Assembly: GCA_965112735.1 (NCBI GenBank)
Contig: OZ218956.1
Coordinates: 2,294,001-2,358,000, forward strand
Direction of reading: 5' to 3'
DNA length: 64,000 nucleotides
DNA from: Phaeosaccion multiseriatum
Taxonomy: Eukaryota; Protista; Ochrophyta, other classes
This document shows positions 1 through 11,750 of this stretch, piece after piece (within the stretch, counting starts at the first letter, position 1; the number at the start of each line of letters is the position of its first letter). The notes beneath the pieces are model-generated. The model was not told the DNA's origin. It ran no database searches and saw only the letters and a list, made by a program, of their open reading frames with translations. The position numbers were made by a program, and so were the translations under genes.

Positions 1-2369
1 CTGACGGAGGCGACAAGCTCAGGGGCCATCTTTAGCATATGTGCAGGAGCCTTCATGGTGCTTCTGTTTCACGTGGAGCTCATTGCGTTCCTTCTCAGCA
101 GTGTAGAGACGTACATCGTTGTTGATGATGTTCGGTCGGCCAAGGTAAGTCAAGGACGGGGAGGGGAGGGAGGGGAGGAAGACCCGCTCGGGAACTCCAT
201 CCCTCTGCTATGGCATATACCGCGCCTTCACTCGCTGGCCATTTCTCATCGCCACCCCGTCTCTCATCAAGGATCATCTTGGCCCCTCCTCCTCAACCCA
301 TCCATCGCCACCCGCTCTCATCCCCGGCGGCTTCTGGCACGTATTCCCAGCCCCACCCCACCCCCTGTGAGAAGGCGACGCTTGGTCTCTCCTCCCTCTT
401 CCCCAATAGACAAACAAAAATCCGACCTGCACCCCCCTCTCCCACCGCTCCCCACGCCCCAACAGCTGCCCATTAATTTTAACATAACGATGCTCGACAT
501 TCCCTGCGAGTACGTGGCAGTAGACGTGCGCGACGTGCTGGGCACCAACCGCCAGAATGTCACCACAGACATTCACAAGTGGCACATCGACAAGGCCGGT
601 GTCAACCAAGCGTACCACGTGAGTAAGATGGGATAAGAGGTGGAGTAGTGGGTATGTGTATGCGTATGCCAGCCTGTATATACGCCCGTCCAGACCAGTA
701 TATGACGCTGGAATCCGCCCCTCGCCGCATCCTCTCTCTCTCTCGTTCTCTCTCTCTCTATCTCTCTCTCTCTCGTTCTCTCTCTCTCTCGTTCTCTCTC
801 TCCCTCTCTCTCTCTCTCCCTCTCTCTCTCGTTCTCCCTCTCTCTCCCTCTCTCCCTCTCTCCCACTCTCTCTCTCCCTCTCTCCCCCTCTCTCTCTCTC
901 CCTCTCTCTCTCTCTCTCTCGTTCTCTCTCTCTCCTATCTTGCTCGCTCTGCGCGCATGCCGTCTCCCTCTCCCTCACTCTGACAGGGGCGCAATATGGA
1001 GCAGAAGGAGATTGTCATGTTCGACGAGCTCCACTTGGACCTGGACAAGCTACACGCCAACGGGGTGCACGCCATCCCACTCAACGAGGAGGTGAGGGAG
1101 GGAGGGAGGGAGGGACGGACGGGGGGGAGGCGGGGGCGGGGGCAGAGCTGTCTGTCCGAGTGAGACCATCGGCCCAACTCCTTGCTACTTGCAACCAAGG
1201 GGGATACGCATGCATGCACGCATGCATATTTTTAGGTCGCGAAAGCACGAGCCTGCACACAAAAGACGCTGCTCCTTCGTGCCGCGAACTTTTTATGGCG
1301 ACTAAACCAAAGCAAAACGAGTACTTAGCTCTGAAGCGAAAAACACAAACCTCCATCCCTCCCCCCATCCCCCACCTCTCTCACAGACGTTCCCCTACTG
1401 GCTCAAGACGCACCCCTGGACCTTCGTGGCCTTTTTCGCCCCGTGGTGCTACTGGTGCAAGCAGCTGCTACCCACCTGGGAGGCCTTCGCCGAGCACGAG
1501 GAGCGGGCCCGTTCAGTGGTGTCGGTGGTGTCTGTGGACTGCGTCCAATACCCCGCCCTTTGCTCCAAGTACAATGTGATGGCCTTCCCCAGCATGAGGC
1601 TGTTTCGGTGCGTGTGTGTGTGTTCGTCTCAATGCGTTAGTGCTTTCTGCGTATACTCTGTCCTGCCCTCTAACCTGCCAACGCTCCATCCCTACCCTGC
1701 CTCCTCCTCCTCCTCCTCCTCCTCCTCCTCCTCCTCCTCCTCCTCCTCCTCCTCCTCCTCCTCCTCCTCCTCCTCCTCCTCCTCCTCCTCTGCCTAAATT
1801 ACAGGGGCGAGGATTCGCAGTCAGAGTACCACAACGACCGAACGGTGGCTGCCCTGGCCAAGTTCGCCTCTGAGCGTGTAACGGCAGCCGGAGACAACCC
1901 CAACTCTCCCGCGTCGCGGCAGTTGCAGGCCACCGACGAGGCTCGCAAGTGGCCGGGCTGTATGGTCGTCGGCACGGTCGAGGTCCGTCAGCTCTTTACT
2001 CTTGGTCTTGCTCTTGTCTTGTACCGTGTTAGTCTTGTGTCTTGTGTATTGTGTGTTTGCTAACAACCCCGCGTGAGGCGTTTGCTTATATGCCCCCACC
2101 GCCGTTCCACCCCCCGGCCCCCGCCCTCAGGTCAACCGCGTGCCGGGCAACTTCCACATCGAGGCTCGCAGTAAAAGCCACTCCTTCAACGCCGCCGAGA
2201 CCAACTGCAGCCACGTGGTGGGCAAGCTCACCTTTGGCAAGCCCCCCACCTCGCGCATGACTCGCAAGCTCAGGGATGTAGACGAGGAGTTTGTACAACT
2301 TGCCCCCATGAATGGGAAGGGCTTTGTGACGGAGGGGCTGCACCACGCGCCCCACCACTACATCAAGGT

Positions 2370-2429
<60 letters not shown>

Positions 2430-3374
2430 GTGCGTTCGTGTGTGTGCTTGTGTGTATGTGGACCCGTGTGCTTGGGTTGGAAGTGGAGGAGTGCCCCCCC
2501 CCCCCTCCCCCTCCCTCCCCCTTCAGCTGACCGCTGTGTGTGGCTACGTGCTTTGCATGGCCCCCCACTCTTTGTCAGGTGGTGCCAACAACTTACGAGC
2601 TGGGGAATAGGAAGAACACGTACATGGGATACCAGATGGTGAGTACTCTTCGTCATGTCACCATCCCAAGACTGATGGGAGGAGGAGGAGGAGGAGGAGG
2701 AGGAGGAGGAGGAGGAGGAGGAGGGGGGGGAGCGGTAGGAGCGATAGCGCGGGGATTCACGGTTTGTGCTGTCTCTCTCTCTCTCGCTGGGAGGGAGGGC
2801 AGATGCATGCTTCCCTTCCCTTCCGTGATCTGACCCTCTCCTTCTTCCTCTTCCTCTCCCTTCCTTTCGCTTCCCTCTCCCCCCTGCCTTCTCCTCTTTC
2901 CTCTCCCGTTCCTCTCCCCATGTTTTGCTCGCATCCACCCATCTGCACTCTGCCCTCCCCCCTCCTCCCCTTGACAGCTTCCCAACTCCCAAGTGATGCA
3001 CTACGACCAATTCGAGATCCCAGAGGCGCGCTTCACGTACAATCTCTCTCCAATGGCCATCTCCGTTCGGAAGGTGCAGTGAAGGGGCACCTTCTTACGT
3101 ATCACTGTTTTGTTCTCATGTCCGCAACGAAATCTACTGACATTGGCCTTGCTTGACTTCGCCATGCCTGTCTCTCTCTCTCTGGTTGGCTACACCTTTG
3201 CTCTGCCTCTCCCTCGGCCCCCAACAGGAGGGGATCCGGTGGTATGAGTTCCTGACGTCACTGCTGGCCATTGTTGGCGGCACAGTGACAGTCATCAAGC
3301 TCGTTGACATGATTTACTATAAGATGGAGTCCACACGGAGACGCATGGGCAGGAGGACCGCGTTGGGGAAATAA
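1..3374 (+). CDS. PDI-C type protein (ERGIC_N + thioredoxin + COPII-vesicle Erv41/46 domain), spliced, 5' end outside window
   Basis: Approximate exons 1-145, 466-618, 987-1091, 1388-1607, 1805-1983, 2131-2367, 2579-2638, 2978-3073, 3228-3374 with GT-AG introns. Motifs: [26 protein letters not shown] (ERGIC_N), [12 protein letters not shown] (thioredoxin CxxC), [42 protein letters not shown], and C-terminal [18 protein letters not shown]. Confidence 0.9.
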
Positions 3375-3976
3375 ATACATTTTTTCTTTTCTTTTTTCTA
3401 CTTGAGTGATGATGAAACACACAAGCATGCCAACAGAAGGATTGCACCCGTTTCGGGAGGCCTCATTGGCATTGGCACTGGGCCGGCCGCAGTGGAGGAC
3501 TGGGGGGAGTCACAAAACGCTCGTGGCCCTTTCTTCAAGCCGAGAAGTCAAGCGCTTGAATGGAGCCCTGGAGCTCTGCTACTACGTGTGTAGGTAGAAG
3601 TAGATAGGTATTCCGGCGGCGAAATGTCCCACAGTGTAAAGACCTCCTCCGGTCTCTCTCTCTCTCTCTCAACACGATTCACATCATTTTTTTTCTGCTG
3701 TCGTGCTTCTTCACCTGCCTTCCCATCATGGACGCCAAACTCTGCACAGTGCGGCTGCGCTACATTACCTTTGTACCACATTCAAAATTGACGGAAGCCC
3801 CGTGCACACTCTCCAACAGCAGCAGCAGTACGAGCAGCAGCAGCAGCACCGCCACCGGCATGAACAAAGCAACGCAAACACGCTCTCTGCCCCCCCCCCC
3901 CTTTGCTGAAGCACCGCACCACCTCGCCCGCCCGTCCCTCCTTCGAGCCTCTCTTCGTCGTCCTTCTCCTCCCCCG

Positions 3977-5447
3977 CTACATCTTGAAGACGCCGCCCAG
4001 CGGGTCCAGTGGCACGCGCACCTCCTCCTTCTTCTTCTGGAAGTCCGCCTTGGCCGCCACTCTGTTGCCATACTTCAGTCCCGCCTCGCCCTTCTTCTCT
4101 GCTCGCGCAAAATTGGGGCTCACGTACGCGGCGTTACTAAACAAGGTGGCCCCGCCGAAGCTTCCTGCAAAGATTCTAATTGGACAGAGCACCAGACGAG
4201 GCCCAATCTCCACCAGCGAAACCGCCTCTTCTCCGGCCTTTTCCATGCGCTTTTCCGAAACGCTCGAGTCTGAAGCGTCCACAATCTGGTAGTTGCGTAC
4301 CCAGATCTTGTCGTCCGCCACGTAAAAGCCCATGACTCTGTCGATAAAGGGTTTGGACTTGGGGTGTCCCCGGGGGGTGCCGAAGGCGTCTGTGAAGATC
4401 TTTTGCAGCACTTGCCACTGGGGGAGCGTGTTGAACGTGGCGTCGAAACTAAGCAGGGGCCTTGATCCCTTCATGCAGTTGCCTGGAGGACGGGACAGGA
4501 TGGGACAAGATGTGGTGGGGTGAGTCTTGGGGCGAGACTGCCGACCGAAAACACCCCCTTTTGTCCTCCTTCGTGGGGCAGCAAGACGCACATGTTCCCT
4601 CCCCATTTTTGCCCCTACTCTTAACGGAGTGTTCTCATCCCTTAATCCCTTTCCTGCTCTGTGGGCCCTCTTCTTCGCCTTGGCCTTCGAGGCCCCCATC
4701 ACAGTTGCTCGGTACGCAGCGACGTTCCAGCACGGCACGACTCCGCAGACACATCTCTGCTAGTGCAATGCGCGCATCCCACTGTACCGCCTATAGCCCT
4801 CCTCGCATCCTTCCCCCCGTGCACTGACTGAATGACTGACCTGTGAGCTTGAGCTCGTCCATCGTATGCACGTTGAGCACGTGGAACTTGGCACTGGGGC
4901 CATGCGGTGCCTTACCCACCCACATGTACAGGTCCTGCTTCTTCCGACACTCCAAGAAGATGCAGTTGTTGCATGTCTTCATCTCACAGATCGAGTTGAC
5001 AGCGCTGGACAGCGACTCCGACCGCCCCACGTCGAGCTTTACATCCTTCTTGGAGTGCGGCAGAAGCTGACGCAGATCGTCCATCAGGTGTCGATATCTG
5101 CTTGTAATGCCTCGGGAGCAGAACACCAGCACTCGTTGTTTGTTTCTGTACGTCCCGTCGGACTCAAAGGCCTGGGCTGCCGACCCCCCCTCCCCGTCGT
5201 CCTCTCCTGCGGACGCCTTCCTGCCACGCTTGGGCTTGAGCCTTTTCCGGTAGTCCCTCATGCCCCCATCGCTGTCGTCGTCTCCTTCGCTGTCTTCGTT
5301 GACGTCCTTCCCCTCCTCCTCCTCCTCCTCCTTCCCGCTATCGTCTTCATCATCTCCTCCTCCATCACTCTCCTCCTTCTTCACCTCCTCCTCTTCCGCC
5401 TCTTCCACTTCTTCCGCCTTCCTCTGCTGCATCTTTCGCTTCGGCAT
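3977..5447 (-). CDS. BRX1: Ribosome biogenesis protein BRX1 (Brix domain)
   Basis: Exons 5447-4841 and 4482-3977. Motifs NKQRVLVFCSRGITSRYRHLMDDL, CNNCIFLECRKKQDLYMW, HTMDELKLTGNCMKGSRPLLSFD, KSKPFIDRV, IWVRNYQI, LVEIGPRLVL, IFAGSFGGATL. Confidence 0.95.
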
Positions 5448-5790
5448 GTTGCACTGCTCCCTTGCCTCAAGCAAAGTACACCAAAGGGAGGACAGAGAGA
5501 AAAAAAAAGAGAGAGGGGATTGTTGGCCACAGCGCCACAGCCCATCCCAAGATTTCCATTCGAAATTTAGGTTAATTCTCCCCTCAGCCCTGAACAACGA
5601 GCGCAATCCGCAGAGAGAAAGAGATGGAAGCCTAGGTCCCAAGATAGACTTGAGTGCTGCTGAAACGTGGCGAGCTCTGTGGTTCCCATCGGTGCTGTTG
5701 TCCTCTTGGGAGAGAAGGGAAGTTGGTCAAGCCTGCCAAGGTAAAACACTCTCTTCTATAACAAGGGCGTGCCTGACAGCTGCCATCGTC

Positions 5791-6122
5791 ATGTCAGAGA
5801 AGGAGAAGAAGGTGAAGAAGAGCAGGAAGGAGCGGCAACAGGAACTGCGGGCCTTGGAGCCGAAGGGCAAGTCTCTCATCAACTATGAGAAAGTCAGCGA
5901 GGTGAGTGAGGGGGGGGAGGGCGGAGTACTGAGAGAGATGGGTAAGCTTCTCTGCTTTGTCAACTCTTAAGTGTGCCCCCTCTAGATTCATGGTAATCAG
6001 AGACCCACTCTTGCTTTTCATCCAAGTGTTCCAATAGCTGATGGGATCTGCAGCGACTGGCCCAGGTGGAAGTGCCTCACTTGATGGAGGGTCGAATCGT
6101 TTTCATTCCTCTCTTCTCGCCT

Positions 6123-6156
<34 letters not shown>

Positions 6157-6873
6157 GTGTGTGTGTCTCTCTCTCCCTCTCTCTCTCTCTTTCCCTCTTT
6201 TTCTCTTTCTCTCTCTCTCTCTCTCGCGTAGAGACACATGGACGACCAACGCTATGAGCGAGAGCTCCAACTTAAAGAGGAGCTGGCGAGAACTAAGGAT
6301 GAGGAGATGGAGGCCGCAAAGGCCAAGGGCGACAAAGCAGGGGCAAAGGGGGCCCCAAGCGCCACCATGGATGCCTTCAATGTGCGTGACTGTTGCACCT
6401 TGCTTTTGCATTTCTCCCTGCGTGCCCGTCCGGGGGGCCGTCCGGGAGTGCCTTTACCCAGTGTGGTTGTGCCTTTCTCATTCTTTACTCCTTCTCCCTG
6501 TCTTGAACGCCATCAATTTATCTTGCAAGTCCCCCCCCGTTGACCAAACGGACCCCCCCTGGCTCCATCCCTGCTTTCCACTGCACCTCCCATCTACTCT
6601 GCTCTTTTCTACCTGAAATGCCTGCGCAGCGCATGATCTCGGGCCAAGGGGAGAGGACCATTTCCGACAAGATTAATGACCCGAACCGGATAACCTGGGA
6701 GAAGTTCAAGGAGGATAATGCCGATAAATTAGAGCTCAGAGGTGCGATGGGTGGAGGGGAGAGAGATTGGCATAACGGAGGGGGCAGGGGCCTATCGCGT
6801 AGGAGATGCTGTTGGGACGCTGTCACACGCACTCTCTCTCTCTGACGCATTTGGTACCCAGTCAGACATACAG

Positions 6874-6907
<34 letters not shown>

Positions 6908-7809
6908 ACAACTAGATGGAGTCCAATCTCTCTCTCCCCCCCCCTTGCCTGCCATGACGCTGCCAAACTGAGTCTGTCTGTGCTCTGCCATGACGCTACC
7001 AAACTGAGCCTGTTTTTGCTCTGCCATGACGCTGCCGAACTGAGTTTGTCTGTGCCTTGCTCTGCTCTGCTCTGCGCTGTTCCCAGGGGGGGAGAAGAAG
7101 AAAATGGATGCGTATCGCGCTGAGCTAGACAAGGAGCGCGAAGCGAGGCTAGCGAAGGGGAGGAATCGGAAACCTGTCAAACAGGCCATTAGCGATAGCG
7201 AGGAGGAGAGCGGTAGCGACGACAAGAAGGCGAAGAAGCACAAAAAGAGCAGCAAGAAGAAGAAGAAGAAAAGAAAGAGGGATCAGAGGAGTAGCAGCGG
7301 GAGCGACGACGACAGCGAGGATGAGTCCTCCTCGCGCAAGCACAAAAAGCATAAGAAGAGCAAGAAGGTGTGTGTGAGCAAAACGCCCCGTCGCCGCAGG
7401 CTTGCCTCCTGCTGCTGCTCCGCTTGCTGCTCTTTCCTCATTGACATACCGGCCTATACCAAGCGTTTACGCCTCTCAACTCACCAGGTCTTCCTTCTTC
7501 TCCGCCTCCCTCTCTCTGCACCCCCCCTCTCTTACTCCCGCAATCTCTTTGTCTTGTATCTCTTTCGATATGTGCGTGTCTCGCCCTCTCTCTGTCTTCT
7601 CACTATTTCCCTCTCCACTGCCCTTCTCCCTCCCCCTCTCTCTACCCGACTGCTGTCCCCCCCCCCGCCCCGCCCGCCCACCTGGTGTATTCCATTCCCA
7701 GCACAAGAAGAGCAAGGACAAGGACAAGGACAAAGACAGGGGCAAAGAGGAGAAACCGCCCAGTCCACCACGCATGTCCGACTACCTAGCGGCCAGCGAC
7801 AGCGATTGA
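5791..7809 (+). CDS. FAM133-like Lys/Ser-rich nuclear protein (spliced)
   Basis: About 5 exons. Core DPNRITWEKFKEDN...MDAYRAELDKEREARLAKGRN resembles FAM133-type proteins and is followed by K/S/D-rich low-complexity tails. Confidence 0.65.
6949..7058. repeat. 36-bp intronic minisatellite, 3 copies (gccatgacgctgccaaactgagtctgtctgtgctct)
   Basis: Three diverged tandem copies are visible. Confidence 0.85.
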
Positions 7810-8424
7810 GGAGCATTGTGCGGGAGGGGAGGGGCAGAGAGGAGTAGAAGGACGGCTTCAATGCTAATGAACGCACTCCTTTCGGTTTCAAGTTTTCTTT
7901 TACATTCAGGAAGGTACTCGAAGTAGACAGAAATACAGAAATACGGGGAGAAGAGAGGAGTGTCAGGCCGGGGAGGGGGGGTTCAGGAGTTGTCGGAGGA
8001 GGGGAGGAGGAGGAGGTCGAAGGTACCTTTCAGCAAGGCACCCCCGCACCCCCCCCTCCTCGTCTCTGATGAGGCTTTTGGAACGCCAGTCGGGCACGGA
8101 AGCACGGAAGGATGTGCCGTGGAGTGATACGTCCGACGTGCTATCAGCCGGCGTGCTATTTGCTGTCGGCCGCACGGTCGAATCCGTGACCGGAAGCACG
8201 CAATCACGCGTTATTTTTTACTTTTAATTACTCTTCACCCAAAAACACAAAAAAACCTCTCCCTCCCTCCCTTGCTTCCCATCGGCTCCCATCGACTGCG
8301 AACATAACAATACCGGCGCGCCAGGAGAAGCTCCTCCAGGTTGCGACGCGGCTGTAGCAGCGATCCTCCTTTCATTCGAAGCAGCTTCAGGGCTCTCTCC
8401 CCCCCTCTTGCTGCTGGTGGTCTG

Positions 8425-9088
8425 ATGCAGCAGGACAACCAGCAGGAGCAGCTACAGCAGCGACAGATGGGGCGAGATCCGTCGTCGCTCAGAGTACGGT
8501 ATCACTACATCCTCGAGGAGCTCTCCAAAGGACCCCATGGCCTTGCGGAGAACGTCGAGAAAGTGAAGACGATTTACAATAGAGTGATGACAGGTTCAGT
8601 CACGGCCTCTGGGCACAAAGGGCGGCCTGTAATGGAAGTTTTGAAGGAGGAATCCTTAAAGTACGTCAAAGACGGGGTAGGGAGGAGGGGAGTGGTTGGG
8701 AGGGCCAGGCTGCTCTCATCGCTCTCACTTCACTAATATTACCTGGGCCCTCCTCTCTCATATCTCCCCCCACTTGGTCGGCTCCTCTTTCGTTATGTGT
8801 CCAACCCCAAACACTCTTCGCAGATTCTTCAATGCAGAGCGTATTGACGAGGTGATGCAATCGTCCATGACGCCGGAGACAATCATCATTTTTTTGAAGA
8901 AGAAGGAGGAGAGCAAGAAACGGAGGGAGGCGCGGCAACTTCGTCAGCGGCAACAGCAGCAACAGCAGCAACAGCAGCAACAGCAGCAACAGCAGCAACA
9001 GCAGGCACGAAGACTTGAGTGTCTCGGGGAGAGAGAGTGGTATGGGTGGCTTGGAGGGAGACGGGGAAATGGACGAAAGCCAGACTAG
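8425..9088 (+). CDS. Orphan protein, tandem paralog copy 1 (polyQ tail; start and end uncertain)
   Basis: Exons ~8425-8660 and 8824-9088. YILEELSKGPHGLAENVEKVKTIYNRV...LKEESLK/FFNAERIDEVMQSSMTPE is closely similar to copy 2, including the intron 3' end. Confidence 0.55.
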
Positions 9089-9596
9089 CGTGTGCTTACA
9101 TTGCCGTCTTGCCCCTATGACTGCCCCATTGACACGTTCATGAAGGAGGAACCGCGAAACAACTTGAAGAGACGGAGAGAGGAGGCCAATGCAGTTCCGC
9201 TGGAGAACAGACCGCGAGCCGCCGCCGCCGCTTCAGGTTCGTATATGTAGCAGGCGGAGATGAAAGGTACTTGCGACCTCGATTGGCGCCGCTTCCGCAG
9301 TCAGACAGCTCCGCCCGTCGGTGCACATATGGAGGGGTTGTAGGAATGGGTTAAGCGCCGCCGCCGGACTTTTGAACAGGGCATAGATACCAGCAGCCTT
9401 CCACCACTGACCGTCTCAAATCCGAGCATGGTAGGGGAGACCCTGCTCTGCCCCCCATCTGCCTGTCCTACTCGTGTAGGTAGGGAGGGCCTGAGCTTTG
9501 TGCTCGACGCCTCACACGATGCCCCTCGCAGAATCTCTACATTCTTCCATCGCTGGCTCACTCACTAACTCACTAACTCACTAACTTACTCACTCA

Positions 9597-9629
<33 letters not shown>

Positions 9630-9660
9630 TCACGCCCATACTCGGGGTGCGAACACAGCA

Positions 9661-10554
9661 ATGCCGGTGGCAGGAGCTGCTGCTGCTCCAGGGTGTGCAT
9701 CAGCAGCAGCTGCAGCCGCAATCCTCCATTCATTCGAAGAATCTTCAGGGATCACTGCTGCTGGCATGCCCCCCCCTAAAGAGGTCTATCCTGGTGCTGG
9801 TCTGATGCAGCGGGACAAGCAGCAGGAGCAGCTACAGCAGCAGCAGATGGAGCAAGATCCGTCGCTCGAAGTCCGATATCGTTACTGTTACATCCTCGAA
9901 GAGCTCTCCATAGGACCCCATTGCCCCGCGGAGAACGTCGAGAAAGTGAAGACGATTTACAATAGAGTGGTCAATTCACTCAAGACCTCTGGGTACAAGA
10001 GAAGGCCTGTGTTAGAGCTCTTGAAGGAGGAGTCGTTAAAGTATGTGAGAACGGGGACGGGAGATGGAATGGGCATGAGGAGAGGAGGGAAGAGGTGGGA
10101 GGAGGGGAAGGCGGCGGCTCTCTTGCTCACATAGTTTCCCTACCTACTCAACTCCACGTGTTTAGCGCTACTCTTTCCTATTCCCCACTCCTCCCTATCT
10201 CTCTCTTATCTTCCCCCACTTGGCCGGCTCCTCTACCGTATGTGTCCAACCCCAAATGCTCTTCGCAGATTCTTCAGTGCAGAGCGTGTAGATGAGGTGA
10301 TGCAATCGTCCATGACGCCAGAGGTAATCAGTGCGTTCTTGAAGAAGAAGAATGAGTGCAAGAAACGGAGAGAGGGCGCGACGCAGCAACTCCTAGTCGA
10401 GCTGCTAGGGGGGCAAAGCCTCTCTGAGCAGCTGCCGCAGCAAATGCAGGACGCAACGGCGCAACTGTTGCTTTGGAAGCGCTCGTCGTCAGACGAGGGG
10501 GGGGGGCCGACCAGTGACGACGGCGGGGTAGAGGAGAGCAAGGGCTCGGCGTAG
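9661..10554 (+). CDS. Orphan protein, tandem paralog copy 2
   Basis: Exons 9661-10040 and 10269-10554. YILEELSIGPHCPAENVEKVKTIYNRV...LKEESLK/FFSAERVDEVMQSSMTPE has the same intron position and phase as copy 1. Confidence 0.6.
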
Positions 10555-11259
10555 TTGATAAAAGGAGGAGGAGTGCGTCATCGGCTCAGGAGGCAACTCG
10601 GCTCTGCGGGTACGGGCCCTACCACAAGCGCTGTACCCAAGCGACCGTGGCCAAGGGCAAAGCCCCACGTGCAGGGACACGGTGTTTGACCTCTTTCGCG
10701 TGTTTGTGTAGGCTTTCAACGCTGCTTTTGTACCGTGTCGCTCTCGGCTGGTCGGGGGGCGAGGGCATCAATTAGTATTTCATATATGCCAACACCTCTA
10801 GCTACCCGTGTCTCACGAGTGCGGGGCTGAGCGCTGTGTTATGCGCCACCCATAGCTCAAGCCTGCTCGTACGCCAAACCAAGCACCCACAGCTACTGTG
10901 GTCGAATTGATACCTGCTTCCGCTGCATCAGTCGGCCGCACCGTCGCGCCTGCGGCGTCAGTCGGCTTGCTCGGCCATCCCCTGACACGCTTTTGCTTTT
11001 TAATGGTAGGCGTCGGCTGTCCGGGGGAATATAACTTCATTGACCATCGTCGACCTTCGAGGAATAACGAGGGAGACAGGAGAGTCTCAGCTGCCGCTCC
11101 CTCGCAGGCCTCCTCTAAGCCACGTCATGTACCCCCTGCTGCCTTCCCCTGCTCCATGTCCCCGCTCGCTCCTCGCGTTCAAAGCCAGTCCCTCCCAGTC
11201 GTCTACTGCCTTCCTTCACGCTTCCCAGCCACTGCCCACCTCATGCGTGCCACCGATAC

Positions 11260-11310
11260 GTGGTCTGGGCAGAACCAGTTCCCGTCAGGGACCTCGGAGA
11301 GAGGCGGATC
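11260..11310 (-). pseudogene. Isolated C-terminal half of a PHD finger (DPPLSEVPDGNWFCPDH)
   Basis: PHD tail motif PPL..VP.G.WFCP followed by a GT donor. The upstream Cys/His ligands and an acceptor are absent. Confidence 0.5.
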
Positions 11311-11644
11311 AAAGAGCAACAAGACGGCAAGGACGGCCACCACGACGATGACGTCAGCGCAGGAGGGGTGGTGGCTGAGCAACGACGCCACATCGCCAGA
11401 CTTGAGGAGCAGCTTGATGACGCGAAGATGGCTACGAAGATGGCGGAGTCAGAGCTCATTGGGGGTGGTAGGGCGGGCGGTAGGGATAGCACGGGTAGCC
11501 TGGATAGCTCTTTCGGCAGTACGTATGACACTCCGGCGCAATCTGGGCCAACTACCTGCTACCGGCCGGCGGCCAGTATTATGCAACATGAAGGAGGAGA
11601 GGGAGAGGGAGAGGAAGGAAGAGAGAGAAGAGAGAAGAGAGAGG

Positions 11645-11727
11645 CCGCTATCGGCCGCCGGCCGATAGAAGGAGCACGCCGGCTGGCGCCGGCGATAGCA
11701 GAAAGCGGATAGCGCGTCAGGGGTCTA
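11645..11727. mobile_element. Truncated MITE family A copy (right end only)
   Basis: ccgctatcggccgccggccgatag...gcggatagcgcgtcaggggtcta matches the internal repeats and right TIR of the copies at 25506-25660 and 29242-29449. Confidence 0.75.
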
Positions 11728-11750
11728 AAGAGGGGGAAAGGGTGAAAGGA

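Noticed and set aside
4483-4840. Intronic snoRNA or alternative in-frame N-terminus in the BRX1 intron
   Set aside because: No clear C/D or H/ACA boxes are visible, and the Brix motif ELKLTG/NC is continuous only when the intron is spliced.
10975-11727. Pack-type element using CCCCTGACACGCT at ~10979 as left TIR
   Set aside because: Only a partial TIR match, no TCGA terminus and no target-site duplication.
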